A DNA stretch of 64,000 nt from an uncultured Clostridia bacterium (GTDB lineage: Bacteria; Bacillota; Clostridia; TANB77; CAG-508), in NCBI GenBank assembly GCA_949745595.1, contig CATJWN010000070.1, positions 120,542 through 184,541 of the forward strand, written 5' to 3'. The notes under the pieces are model-generated. The model had not been told where the DNA came from. It searched no databases and was given only the letters and a program-made list of their open reading frames with translations. A program made the translations under genes and the position numbers. Positions within the stretch are counted from its first letter, which is position 1. The number at the start of each line of letters is the position of its first letter. This document shows, piece after piece, positions 10,722 through 20,997 of the stretch.

Positions 10722-10931
10722 ATGATTGTATTTTTAAGAAGTTGGTGTGAACAAATAATTATTAGTATATTTATTTCTATGATTGTAGAAATGTTTGTTC
10801 CAGCAGGAAATATAAAAAAATATGTAAAGGTAGTAGTTGGAGTTTATATTATGTTTGTAATCTTAAATCCAATAATATCAAATATAGGAAATATTGATTT
10901 TGAAAATATAGGATCATTATTTCTAAACTAA
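10722..10931 (+). CDS. spoIIIAF: stage III sporulation protein AF (short form, TM domain only)
   Basis: Sixth position in the operon; two TM helices; only 69 aa; followed immediately by the RBS and ATG of spoIIIAG. Confidence 0.5.
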   Translation: MIVFLRSWCEQIIISIFISMIVEMFVPAGNIKKYVKVVVGVYIMFVILNPIISNIGNIDFENIGSLFLN

Positions 10932-10940
10932 GGAGAAGTT

Positions 10941-11388
10941 ATGATTGAGAAATTAAAAGAAATGTTTAAGAAAAAAGACAAGAAAATAGAAAATTTGATT
11001 TTTCTATTAGTTTTATTAATTATCACTTTAGTGTGCATAAACTATATTATGAAAGATAGCACGCCAGAAATGGAAGATAAATATGCTGATGCAGTGCTTG
11101 CCAATGCCAATAATACATCAACAAGTTTAGAAGCTCGTATTGAAAAAATCTTAAGTGAAATAAACGGAGTACGGAAAAGTTTCTGTACTACTTACATATG
11201 CTGACGAAAAATTAGAAGGAATGGTAATTGTAGCAGAAGGTGTTAATAACATAAAAGTTCAGACTGATATTATTTCAGCGGCAGAAGCAGTAACAGGACT
11301 TGGCAAACATAAGATAAAAGTATATGAAATGAAATCAGAGGAAGGAGGAAATACTTATGGAGAAGAAAATAAATATAGAGAAAATTAA
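10941..11388 (+). CDS. spoIIIAG: stage III sporulation protein AG. Requires +1 recoding at CGG 11172-11174.
   Basis: N-terminal TM segment; ...EINGV-CGG then GKVSVLLTYADEKLEGMVIVAEGVNNIKVQTDIISAAEAVTGLGKHKIKVYEM in the +1 frame. Confidence 0.7.
11172..11174 (+). other. in-frame CGG +1 recoding site (gta CGG AAA; Gly GGA)
   Basis: Junction between ORF 10941-11204 and the conserved SpoIIIAG C-terminal domain. Confidence 0.8.
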
Positions 11389-11996
11389 ACAAGTAACTTT
11401 GGTAGCCTGTGGAGTTCTATTATTAGCAGTAGGATTTATAAACTATAACCCACGGAAATGAAGGTGTGGATACAGTAGCTGTTACAGATGTTGGAAGAAA
11501 CACAAATAACATTGGAGATGTTCAGCTTGTAAGTAGTAATGCACTTGTGGAAAATGAAAATACAACAGTTTCTGCACTTGTGGATAACCTTGAAAATACA
11601 AATTCTAACACTGTGGATAACTCTGTAAGCACAGCTATAACAAGTGAAGAAGACTATTTTACAAAAACTAAGCTTGAAAGAGATACTATGTATTCAAGAA
11701 TGTTAGAAAGCTATCAAAATATAATTAATAATAAAGAACTTCCAGAAACACAAAAGTCTATAGCAGTTCAAGAAATAGATAAAATCAATAAAGCTCAGAA
11801 CTCTATTATGATTGCAGAAAATTTAATAATGAATAAAGGCTTTGATAATGTAGTAATTTTAGTAAATAATAATGCAATAAATGTTGTCATAAAGACAGCA
11901 CATCTGAGCAATGAGGACATTGGAAAAATACAAAATGTAATAGAAAGAGAATTTGCAGTTGATTTATCTCAAGTTAATATAAGTAGTAGAAATTAG
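11357..11996 (+). CDS. spoIIIAH: stage III sporulation protein AH. Requires +1 recoding at CGG 11453-11455.
   Basis: MEKKINIEKIKQVTLVACGVLLLAVGFINYNP-CGG, then GNEGVDTVAVTDVG... continues as ORF 11466-11996. Confidence 0.7.
11453..11455 (+). other. in-frame CGG +1 recoding site (cca CGG AAA; Gly GGA)
   Basis: Junction between the N-terminal TM segment and ORF 11466-11996. Confidence 0.8.
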
Positions 11997-12030
11997 AGGG
12001 AATGTTTATCACATTCTCTTTTTTATTATT
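11996..12030 (+). terminator. probable terminator after the spoIIIA operon
   Basis: Imperfect hairpin AGGGAATGT/ACATTCTCT followed by a T run. Confidence 0.4.
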
Positions 12031-12126
12031 TTTCACTATTTTTCACTAAAATATTGAAATTTGAATAATATACATATATAATAATAAGGACTGAAAAAAG
12101 ATAAAGTCTTCAGGAGGTTATGACAA

Positions 12127-13485
12127 TTGAGAAAATATTTTGGAACAGATGGTATTAGAAGAATTGCCAATACTGAATTAACACCAGATTTGGTTTTTAG
12201 AGTAGCAAAAGCCGGTGCATACATACTTTCAAAACATTCTACACATACACCTACTATTTTAATAGGTAGAGATACAAGAATATCAGGAACACTTATAGAA
12301 AGTGCAATGACAGCAGGCTTTTTAAGTTATGGTGCAAATGTAAAAAATGTAGGCGTTATACCTACACCAGGTGCAGCATATTTAACTAGGGAATTAAATG
12401 CAGATGCTTGTGTAGTAATTTCCGCATCTCACAATACTTTTGAGTTTAATGGAGTAAAATATTTTAGTAACAAAGGGACTAAAATTCCAGATAGCATTGA
12501 AGAAGAGATTGAAGAGATTATGGATTCGGATAAATTATCTTCATTAACAGCTGTAGGAAAACATATTGGTGTTTCAGAAAATGCAGAAGGTTATATAGAA
12601 AAATATATTAATTTTTTTGTAGATTTATTTAAAGACGATTTTAAAAACTTGCCAGAAGAGTTTTGCATAGGAATAGATACTGCAAATGGTGCTACCTATA
12701 AAGTAGCTGAGGAAGTTTATACAAGACTTGGAATAAAACATAAAATCATAAATAATACTCCTGACGGAATAAATATAAATGAAAATTGTGGTTCAACACA
12801 TATAGAAAGCCTTTCAAAATTAGTAAAATCAGAAGGATTATCACTAGGCGTAGCTTATGATGGTGACGGAGATAGATGCCAAGCAGTAGATGAGAATGGT
12901 GAGCTCGTTGATGGTGATATTATGATGGCAATTTTAGCAGATTTTCTAAAATCGCAAAATAAATTAAAAAATAACGCATTAGTTTCAACTGTTATGAGCA
13001 ATTTAGGTTTAAATAAGTTCGCAAAAGCAAATAATATAGAATATAAACAAACTAAAGTTGGGGATAGATATGTATTAGAAGAAATGCTAAAGAGCGGAGA
13101 TAATTTAGGAGGAGAGCAATCAGGACATATAATTTTCTTAGACTACAATCCAACTGGTGATGGTATTTTAACGTCTTTAATGCTTATAAAAGCCTTAAAA
13201 GGTAGAAAATTATCAGAAGCTAGAAAAATGGTAAAAATATATCCACAAGTACTAATAAATGCTAAAGTTCTAAATGAGAAGAAGTATGATTATGACAAAG
13301 ATGAAGAGATAAATGCAGAAATTAGAAAATTAGAAGAAGAATTTTTAAATGATGGTAGAGTACTTATTAGAACATCAGGAACAGAGCCTATTGTAAGAGT
13401 TATGATAGAAGGTGAAAATCAAGAATACATAACTGAAAAAGCAAAAGAATTAGCAGACTTAATTGAAATGAAATTAGGAAAGTAG
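12127..13485 (+). CDS. glmM: phosphoglucosamine mutase (TTG start)
   Basis: MRKYFGTDGIRR... with the phosphoserine loop SASHNTFEFNGVKYF. 452 aa. Confidence 0.9.
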   Translation: MRKYFGTDGIRRIANTELTPDLVFRVAKAGAYILSKHSTHTPTILIGRDTRISGTLIESAMTAGFLSYGANVKNVGVIPTPGAAYLTRELNADACVVISASHNTFEFNGVKYFSNKGTKIPDSIEEEIEEIMDSDKLSSLTAVGKHIGVSENAEGYIEKYINFFVDLFKDDFKNLPEEFCIGIDTANGATYKVAEEVYTRLGIKHKIINNTPDGININENCGSTHIESLSKLVKSEGLSLGVAYDGDGDRCQAVDENGELVDGDIMMAILADFLKSQNKLKNNALVSTVMSNLGLNKFAKANNIEYKQTKVGDRYVLEEMLKSGDNLGGEQSGHIIFLDYNPTGDGILTSLMLIKALKGRKLSEARKMVKIYPQVLINAKVLNEKKYDYDKDEEINAEIRKLEEEFLNDGRVLIRTSGTEPIVRVMIEGENQEYITEKAKELADLIEMKLGK

Positions 13486-13495
13486 AGGATTAAAA

Positions 13496-14839
13496 ATGAA
13501 AGAAAGAGCAAGTGCAGGGCAAATTTGGGAGATGTCAAAAGCATATACGTCTTCAAATACTGTAAAGAGATATGATGCAATTATAGAAGGTCAGAGTGTA
13601 CAAAACTTAGGAACGTATTTGCAAACACATCCAGCAGATTTTTTTGGAATATCAAATGAGACAAAAGCAGACGAAAAATTACAAAAATATAATATTATGA
13701 AAATTACTCCTACTAGACGATTAGGTGAAGTAGAAAATCCTTCTGAAATGTATTTAATCACTGATGTACAAGGTCATGATATAGGGACTTATCAAATGAC
13801 GGACAGAGGACCAGTGTTTAAGTTAAGTCCTAAAATACAAAAAGCAAATGAAAAGATAATGAGCCAATTTCCTGAAGGTACTAGAGAGATATTAGAACAT
13901 AGATTTGAAGTTAAGTCTATGGAGGACTTGGCTGAAAAATTATCTAAAGGAGATAAACTTGCTCTTTATAGCAAAGAGCAAGCGCAAGATGAGATTGAGG
14001 ACGAATATGCTGAAAGAGGCATTGCAATAGATAATGGTTCTGATCAAGATCCAGAAGAAGAAAAAGCAATTGGTAGTTTGCCAGCAGATATGAGAGGACA
14101 AGTAATTGCTTTATGTAGAGATAAAGGTATTAGAATAAAAGAAGTATTAGTAGTAGACTGTCCAAAATGTATTGATGAAGAAATGGTAAATGGCACAAAC
14201 CATATAAAACCAGATGGTGAACCTATTATTATGATAAAAGCAAAGAGTGGAAACGCAGGACAACTTTCAGATGATTTATATATGTTTCAAGGTAATACTC
14301 CAATACCAAATGTTGAAGCAGATAAAGACAGAATGTTAGAGCTTATGAATCAACATAAAGGTGAAGGTGCAGTACCAGAACTATCTGATACCATTGAAGA
14401 CGATATTAGAAATAAAATACAAAATCAAATTGTGCTTGCAGAAGATATGAAAAGACAAAATCCAGACCAAGTAGAAGAAATAAATAATAATTTAAGATTA
14501 GCAATAACAAGTATTGTAGGAGATTATGTTCCTAGTGAAGAATTAAGCCAAGATTTAGATAAAATGGAAGAAGAGCATCATAAAGAAGATAAAGAAGCTG
14601 AAGAGGCAAGAGAAGCTGAAGAAAGAGGAGAGAATCCTGAAGAAAAAGACGAAGTTAGTAAAGGCTTTAAAGCAGGAGTAGGTATAATGGCAGGTGCAGG
14701 ACTAGCAGCTGCTGGATTAAGTAGTGTGGCCAATAGAAGAGTAGAAAAAGAAGACAAACAGGATAAAGAAGAAAATAGTGATGATGAAGAAAGATCAAGA
14801 TGGAGTTCATCAGATCCATTAAATCATAAACCATTTTAA
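13496..14839 (+). CDS. hypothetical protein, highly acidic, with a C-terminal Gly/Ala-rich hydrophobic segment
   Basis: 447 aa; no recognisable catalytic motif; E/D/K-rich tail; GFKAGVGIMAGAGLAAAGLSSVA near the C-terminus. Confidence 0.5.
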   Translation: MKERASAGQIWEMSKAYTSSNTVKRYDAIIEGQSVQNLGTYLQTHPADFFGISNETKADEKLQKYNIMKITPTRRLGEVENPSEMYLITDVQGHDIGTYQMTDRGPVFKLSPKIQKANEKIMSQFPEGTREILEHRFEVKSMEDLAEKLSKGDKLALYSKEQAQDEIEDEYAERGIAIDNGSDQDPEEEKAIGSLPADMRGQVIALCRDKGIRIKEVLVVDCPKCIDEEMVNGTNHIKPDGEPIIMIKAKSGNAGQLSDDLYMFQGNTPIPNVEADKDRMLELMNQHKGEGAVPELSDTIEDDIRNKIQNQIVLAEDMKRQNPDQVEEINNNLRLAITSIVGDYVPSEELSQDLDKMEEEHHKEDKEAEEAREAEERGENPEEKDEVSKGFKAGVGIMAGAGLAAAGLSSVANRRVEKEDKQDKEENSDDEERSRWSSSDPLNHKPF

Positions 14840-14877
14840 ATAATTAATAAATAATATTTCACTAAGGAGGAAATAAA

Positions 14878-15198
14878 ATGAATCAATATCTAATAATATT
14901 TGTTACACTAGCAATAGCAGGTGCAATAGCCTTTGCTAAAAAAGTAGAAAAACCATTATTTGTAGCTGTTTTAATAATACTAAATTTAGGACTTTTGATA
15001 TATCATTCTTATGTATTAAATTCAATACCATCAGAATTTGCTGATGCAATATCAGATATATATTTATGTATAGCAATGGATTTCTTATGGTTATTAATAA
15101 GCTTTTTAGCATATTTATGGATTGATGATGTAACAGCACGTAAATTTAATAGGAAAAGTTATGATAACAGTTTATCTTGGTTTTGGGAAAAACTATAA
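14878..15198 (+). CDS. small membrane protein
   Basis: 106 aa with 3 predicted TM helices; RBS AAGGAGG. Confidence 0.45.
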   Translation: MNQYLIIFVTLAIAGAIAFAKKVEKPLFVAVLIILNLGLLIYHSYVLNSIPSEFADAISDIYLCIAMDFLWLLISFLAYLWIDDVTARKFNRKSYDNSLSWFWEKL

Positions 15199-15210
15199 GG
15201 AGTTGATAAA

Positions 15211-16797
15211 ATGGAAAAGAGAAATATAATTATAGGTGGAGCATGGCCTTATGCTAATAGCTCACTACATTTAGGACATATTGCAGGTTTAATATCAGGT
15301 GATGTTTTGGCGAGATATTACAGATTAAAAGGAGATAATGTAATGTATGTATCTGGCTCAGACTGTCATGGAACACCAATTACAGAAAGAGCTAAAAAAG
15401 AAGGCAAAGAGCCTTCTGAAATAGCAGATTATTATCATGAAGAATTCACAAAAATGTTCAAAGACTTAAATTTTTCTTATGATTTATATAGTAAAACAGC
15501 TACAGATTATCATAAAGAAAAAGTAGAAGAGTTATTTAGAAAATTATATGATAATGGATATATTTATGAAAAAATAGAGCCACAAGCTTACTGTGAGCAT
15601 TGTAATAAATTCTTATCAGATAGAGAAATTAAACTTACTTGCCCAGTATGTGGCGAAGAGACAAAAGGTGACCAATGTGATAATTGTTTACATGTTCCTA
15701 CAGGTGACGAACTAAAAAAAGGTTTTTGTATTGAGTGCGGAAACAAGACTGTAGAAAGAGATAATAAAAATTTATATATTAAATTATCAGCTTTCCAAAA
15801 GCAAATTGAAGATCATACTGCAAAAGTAAATCATGAATGGAGAATAAATGCACAAAATGAAACTAATAAATACTTAAAACAAGGTTTATTAGATAGAGCA
15901 GTTACTCGTGATTTATCTTGGGGAGTAAATGTACCAGTAGATGGATATGAAGCAAAAAGACTTTATGTGTGGATTGATGCTGTGCTTGGCTATGTTACAG
16001 ATACTATGAAAGTATGTGAAGAAAGAGGCTGGAATTGGGAAGATTTCTGGAAAGAAGGAAATAATAATAAAATATATATGTGTCACGGAAAAGACAACAT
16101 TATGTTTCATAGCATCATTTTAAATGCTTTATTATTAGGACAAGAAGAAAATTATCATTTAGTAGATACTATAGTTTCAGCAGAATATTTGAATTTCAAT
16201 GACCAAAAATTCTCAAAAAGTAAAGGTATTGGTATGACTGCAACAGAAGCTATCGAAGAATATAATTCAGATTCTTTAAGATACCACTTAATTGCAAATG
16301 GGCCAGAAAAGAAAGATACCAACTTTACAATAGAAGATTTTACAAATACACATAACAGCGATATAGTTAATAAATTTGGAAATCTTGTAAATAGAACTCT
16401 TAAATTTAAAGGTTTAGAAAAGCTACCAGCAGGTAAAATGGACGAAAATATTAAAAAAGAAATAATTGACACTTACAATGAAGTTGGAAGTTTAATTGAA
16501 AAATTAGAATTTAGAGAGGCAGTTAGAAAAGTAATTGAATTAGTAGAAAAAACTAATAAATACTATGATGATAAACAACCTTGGGTAGCAAGAAAAGAAA
16601 ATGAAGAAGAGTTTAATAACATTATCTATACATGTGCAGTAGTTATAAGTAATTTATCAAATTTATTTGAACCAATTATGCCAGAGGCATGTAGTAAAAT
16701 TCGTAAATATTTAGAACTAGGAGATCCTTCTTGGGAATATATAGAACCAAAATCAGAAATTAAATTAGAAGTAGAAGCATTATTTGAAAGGATGTAA
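15211..16797 (+). CDS. metG: methionine--tRNA ligase (short form)
   Basis: HIGH motif (HLGHIAG), zinc knuckles CPVCG/CDNC, KMSKS motif (KFSKSKG). Confidence 0.9.
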   Translation: MEKRNIIIGGAWPYANSSLHLGHIAGLISGDVLARYYRLKGDNVMYVSGSDCHGTPITERAKKEGKEPSEIADYYHEEFTKMFKDLNFSYDLYSKTATDYHKEKVEELFRKLYDNGYIYEKIEPQAYCEHCNKFLSDREIKLTCPVCGEETKGDQCDNCLHVPTGDELKKGFCIECGNKTVERDNKNLYIKLSAFQKQIEDHTAKVNHEWRINAQNETNKYLKQGLLDRAVTRDLSWGVNVPVDGYEAKRLYVWIDAVLGYVTDTMKVCEERGWNWEDFWKEGNNNKIYMCHGKDNIMFHSIILNALLLGQEENYHLVDTIVSAEYLNFNDQKFSKSKGIGMTATEAIEEYNSDSLRYHLIANGPEKKDTNFTIEDFTNTHNSDIVNKFGNLVNRTLKFKGLEKLPAGKMDENIKKEIIDTYNEVGSLIEKLEFREAVRKVIELVEKTNKYYDDKQPWVARKENEEEFNNIIYTCAVVISNLSNLFEPIMPEACSKIRKYLELGDPSWEYIEPKSEIKLEVEALFERM

Positions 16798-16798
16798 T

Positions 16799-17476
16799 AT
16801 GGGAAATTTATTTGTTATTGACGGTACTGATGGTAGTGGAAAACAGACACAATTTGAAAAGTTAAAAGAAAGTTTAACTAATGATGGGATAGAGTTTAAG
16901 ACAATTGCATTTCCTAATTATGACAGTCCATCTTCAAGTTTAGTAAAAATGTATTTATCTGGTGAGTTTGGAGAAAACGCAAAAGATGTAAGTCCATATA
17001 TTGCTTCAACATTTTATGCAGCAGATAGATATGCAACTTTCAAAAAAGATTTAGAAGAATACTACAACAATGGTGGACTTATACTTGCAGATAGATATAC
17101 TACTGCGAATATGGTACATCAAGCAGGAAAGATTTCAGATTCAGCTGAGAGAAATAAATTTATGGAATGGCTTTTTGATTTAGAATTTAATATTTATGGA
17201 CTTCCAAAACCAAGCAGAGTATTTTTCCTTAATATGCCACCAGAAAAAACTATGGAACTTATGAAAAATAGGGAAAATAAATTCTCTCATACTGATGTAA
17301 AAGACATACATGAAAGAGATAAATCACATTTAATTGATAGCTATAATGCTGCTTGTAGTGTTGCTAAGGATTATGATTGGTATGAAGTTAAATGTTGTGT
17401 AGGAGATAAAATAAGAACCATAGAAGATATACATGCAGAAATATATAAAGAAGTAAAGAAAGTATTAGGTAAATAG
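16799..17476 (+). CDS. tmk: thymidylate kinase
   Basis: P-loop LFVIDGTDGSGKQTQ. Confidence 0.85.
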   Translation: MGNLFVIDGTDGSGKQTQFEKLKESLTNDGIEFKTIAFPNYDSPSSSLVKMYLSGEFGENAKDVSPYIASTFYAADRYATFKKDLEEYYNNGGLILADRYTTANMVHQAGKISDSAERNKFMEWLFDLEFNIYGLPKPSRVFFLNMPPEKTMELMKNRENKFSHTDVKDIHERDKSHLIDSYNAACSVAKDYDWYEVKCCVGDKIRTIEDIHAEIYKEVKKVLGK

Positions 17477-17478
17477 TA

Positions 17479-17982
17479 GTGGAAAGAATAGGTTTTTTTG
17501 GAGGATGTTTTAATCCTCCAACAATTGCTCATATAGAACTAATAGAAAAAGCAATTAAAGAACATAATTTGAATAAGGTGTATTTTGTACCAATGGGAGA
17601 TAAATATCAAAAAGAAAATTTAATACCAGCATATCATAGAATTAAAATGTTAGAATTGGTACTTAAAGATAATATGGATATGATTTTTAATTCAGTATAT
17701 AGTCCATATGGAATGACAGCTGCAGAATGTTTTAGGGAGATTGAGAAAGAATTCAAGAATAGTGAAAATTTTTACATAATGGGCTCCGACAATTTCGACA
17801 AGATAGAAAGCTGGTCAGAATATGAATTTTTAATGCAAAATTTCAAATATATTATTTTGGATAGAGATGAGAAAATAAGTTCAAGAAAAGTAAGAACTAG
17901 ACTAAAAAAAGGACAAAGTGTAAAAGATTTAATTTACGAGGAAGTTGAACAATATATTATAGATAATAAGCTATATAAATAA
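17479..17982 (+). CDS. nicotinate-nucleotide adenylyltransferase-like nucleotidyltransferase (short paralogue, GTG start)
   Basis: GGCFNPPTIAHIEL (HxGH-type nucleotidyltransferase). 167 aa. A second, full-length nadD is at 27524. Confidence 0.65.
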   Translation: MERIGFFGGCFNPPTIAHIELIEKAIKEHNLNKVYFVPMGDKYQKENLIPAYHRIKMLELVLKDNMDMIFNSVYSPYGMTAAECFREIEKEFKNSENFYIMGSDNFDKIESWSEYEFLMQNFKYIILDRDEKISSRKVRTRLKKGQSVKDLIYEEVEQYIIDNKLYK

Positions 17983-18003
17983 TTTTTGTAGCGAAGGAGA
18001 TTT

Positions 18004-19659
18004 ATGAGAGGTAGAATTGTAAACTTATGTATAGGTTTTATGAACATATTGTTTGGTGTGCTCATTCTAATTTATACACTAAATGTACCACAAGATCAAA
18101 CAGTACTTACAGTCCAAGAGCAGTTTGTTACGAAAATAATCTTAACTGGTATATATGCTGTTTTAGCAGTTGTTTTAGTTATTAATGTTATACAATATTA
18201 TAATAACATAAAAGATAACACTTTTAAAACTGGATATATGCTAGCACTTTTTGTAGTAAGTTTTCTGTTTATAAAACAACCAGCAATAGCTAGCTTTACT
18301 ATAATTTCAGGAATTATTGTAATGTTCAACAGTATTCGTGAAAATCTGGTGGAAATAGATAGTACAACTGCAATTTCGGTAACAGCGCTAATAATGGCTG
18401 CAATAGTTTTGCTTATGGGTGTTAGTTTAAGTTATGAGCAAATTGGAACTTATATAAAAGATAAGAAAAATGAAAATGAATTAGAATTCAAGCCAACTTT
18501 TTTCAAGTATATAACAGAGCTTGGAATAAATGATATATATATAAATGTAAAAAAAGATGGAAAATATGGATACATTGACCAAAATGGTGAGGTAAGAATA
18601 GACTTCAAATATGATTATGCAAGCCCATTTATTAAAATAGTTCAATATAATAAGATATTTGATATAGCACTTGTTTGTGAAGACGGAAGTTCAAAAATTA
18701 TATTAAAAAATGAAAGAGTAGTTATGTCTTATAGATCAGAGTCTTCTGACGAAAATTATGACGCTAAGTGGGAGGAATTAGAGAAAATTTATAGAGATAT
18801 TCTTGGACAAGGAACTTCTGAAATGATTACTGAAGCACCACAAGTTACTAATAATAAGTCGAAAATTCCAGCATATAAAGAAGATTATGAGACAGGATAT
18901 ACTTATAGATATGATTACAATGACGAATACGATATTATAGTAACTCAGTCAAGTCTAGGATTAGGTGATATTTATGAATTAGCAAAAAAAGACAATTCAG
19001 ATATTAGGCTTACATTAGATACCAAAGGTTTAGACTATGACGAAAACTATTTATACTTGTTTAGCAATGGAACTATTCCATATTATGATATAGCTAATAG
19101 AGAACAGGGATGGTTTACAAGCTATGGTAAGAAAAATGCAATGCTTGGTAGAGCTCAAATTTTAGATTTTTTTGATGATAAAATACTACTTAAAAATTAT
19201 AATGATAAAACCATTTATTTTATAAATGGTGATGGCGATGGTGAAGGAGAACCTTTATCAGAGGCTTATAGAAGTATTTATGTTTGTCAAGATAATGAAA
19301 GATTTATTGTAAAGACTATGCAAAACAAATATAAGGTTATAGATCAAAATTATAATCAAATATTTGAAGGAGAGTACGATGTATTTGATCCATATTTGGC
19401 AAATTTTGGATTATATATAGTTGCAAATATGGACGAAGATGTTGAGTTTAATGATTATGGTTATGCAAAAATGCATTTTAGCTTGTTAAATGCAAATGGT
19501 GATGTTATTTTAGATGATATTGAACAGATTTACAAAAATTACTATAAATTGTCTAAAGACAAGAGTATAGCACAGTCTACAAGATATTCTAAGTTTCTAG
19601 AAGACGTAACATCTATTAAATATGACTTTGTTGGAGACAAATATTACACAAATTATTAA
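18004..19659 (+). CDS. hypothetical membrane protein (N-terminal multi-TM domain plus large soluble domain)
   Basis: 551 aa; 4-5 N-terminal TM helices followed by a Tyr/Asp-rich domain. Confidence 0.5.
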   Translation: MRGRIVNLCIGFMNILFGVLILIYTLNVPQDQTVLTVQEQFVTKIILTGIYAVLAVVLVINVIQYYNNIKDNTFKTGYMLALFVVSFLFIKQPAIASFTIISGIIVMFNSIRENLVEIDSTTAISVTALIMAAIVLLMGVSLSYEQIGTYIKDKKNENELEFKPTFFKYITELGINDIYINVKKDGKYGYIDQNGEVRIDFKYDYASPFIKIVQYNKIFDIALVCEDGSSKIILKNERVVMSYRSESSDENYDAKWEELEKIYRDILGQGTSEMITEAPQVTNNKSKIPAYKEDYETGYTYRYDYNDEYDIIVTQSSLGLGDIYELAKKDNSDIRLTLDTKGLDYDENYLYLFSNGTIPYYDIANREQGWFTSYGKKNAMLGRAQILDFFDDKILLKNYNDKTIYFINGDGDGEGEPLSEAYRSIYVCQDNERFIVKTMQNKYKVIDQNYNQIFEGEYDVFDPYLANFGLYIVANMDEDVEFNDYGYAKMHFSLLNANGDVILDDIEQIYKNYYKLSKDKSIAQSTRYSKFLEDVTSIKYDFVGDKYYTNY

Positions 19660-19736
19660 ATGAATATAAACAATTTTTATGAGCATAATAAGTTTAGGTA
19701 AGGAAACTTACTTTTAAGCTTAAGGAGGAAAACAAA

Positions 19737-19895
19737 ATGGACAAACAAAGAATTAATTGTACAGTTCACAGTTGTAAACACAACGAACAAAATTGTACTT
19801 GCAGTTTACCTCAAATAGACGTATGTGCTTGTGAAAATTGCTCAAGCGGATTACCAGATGAATCTAAATGTGGAAGTTATGAGTGCAGAAAATAG
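19737..19895 (+). CDS. small Cys-rich protein (DUF1540-like)
   Basis: 52 aa with 10 Cys (MDKQRINCTVHSCKHNEQNCTCSLPQIDVCACENCSSGLPDESKCGSYECRK). Strong RBS AAGGAGG; followed by a terminator. Confidence 0.5.
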   Translation: MDKQRINCTVHSCKHNEQNCTCSLPQIDVCACENCSSGLPDESKCGSYECRK

Positions 19896-19902
19896 CACTA
19901 AT

Positions 19903-19945
19903 GAAATGACCTGAAATTTATTTTTCAGGTCTTTCATTTTGTGAA
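19903..19945 (+). terminator. rho-independent terminator
   Basis: GAAATGACCTGAAA-tttatttt-TCAGGTCTTTCATTT hairpin plus a T tract. Confidence 0.6.
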
Positions 19946-20036
19946 ATTTAAATGAAAAAATGGTGATATTCTTGACATTAAGCAAAAATAGACATAAAAT
20001 AATTTTAAAGTAAAACGGCAAAAGGAGGAATTTATT

Positions 20037-20966
20037 ATGCCATTAGTAACAACAAGAGAAATGTTTGAAAAATCTATGAAAGAACATTTTGCAATAGGAG
20101 CTTTTAACATAAATAATATGGAGTTTATCCAAGCAATTACAGATGCTGCTGAGGAGGCAAAATCACCTGTGATTTTACAAGTATCTTCAAGTGCTATTAA
20201 ATATGCTAGAATGGAATATTTAGTAAAAATGGTTGAAGCAGCAGTAGAAACAACAACTATACCAATTGCTTTACATTTAGACCACGGACCAGATTTTGAG
20301 ACTTGCAAAAAATGTATAGATGCAGGATTTACATCAGTAATGATTGATGGTTCAAAATATGATTTTGAAGAAAATGTTGCATTAACAAAACAAGTTGTAG
20401 AATATGCTCACTCAAAAGGAGTAGTTGTTGAAGCTGAACTTGGTAAATTGGCAGGAGTAGAAGATGATGTTAATGTTGCAGAAGATGATGCAAGATATAC
20501 AGATCCAGACCAAGCAAAAGAGTTTGTAGAAAGAACAGGTTGCGATTCTTTAGCAATAGCAATAGGAACAAGTCATGGAGCTTATAAATTTAAAGGAGAT
20601 GCTAAATTGAGATTTGACATTTTAGCAAAAGTAAAAGAAAAATTACCAAATACTCCAATTGTATTACATGGAGCTTCTTCAGTTATTCCTGAGTTAGTAG
20701 ATATGTGCAATAATAATGGCGGTAATATCCCAGGAGCAAAAGGTTGCCCTGATGAAATGTTAAAACAAGCTGGAGAGACAGGTGTTTCAAAAATAAATGT
20801 TGATACAGACTTAAGACTTGCAATGACAGCACAAATTAGAAAAGTATTTAATGACGATCCATCAGTATTTGATCCTAGAAAATATTTAGGTGCTGCAAGA
20901 GAAGAAATTACAAAAACAGTTTCACATAAGATTAAAGATGTATTTTGTTCAGCAAATAAAGCATAG
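20037..20966 (+). CDS. fba: fructose-bisphosphate aldolase, class II
   Basis: 309 aa. LHLDHG and the rest of the class II aldolase signature. Confidence 0.9.
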   Translation: MPLVTTREMFEKSMKEHFAIGAFNINNMEFIQAITDAAEEAKSPVILQVSSSAIKYARMEYLVKMVEAAVETTTIPIALHLDHGPDFETCKKCIDAGFTSVMIDGSKYDFEENVALTKQVVEYAHSKGVVVEAELGKLAGVEDDVNVAEDDARYTDPDQAKEFVERTGCDSLAIAIGTSHGAYKFKGDAKLRFDILAKVKEKLPNTPIVLHGASSVIPELVDMCNNNGGNIPGAKGCPDEMLKQAGETGVSKINVDTDLRLAMTAQIRKVFNDDPSVFDPRKYLGAAREEITKTVSHKIKDVFCSANKA

Positions 20967-20997
20967 ATTTTAGCTATTCAATTTACTGGAGAAGAAA

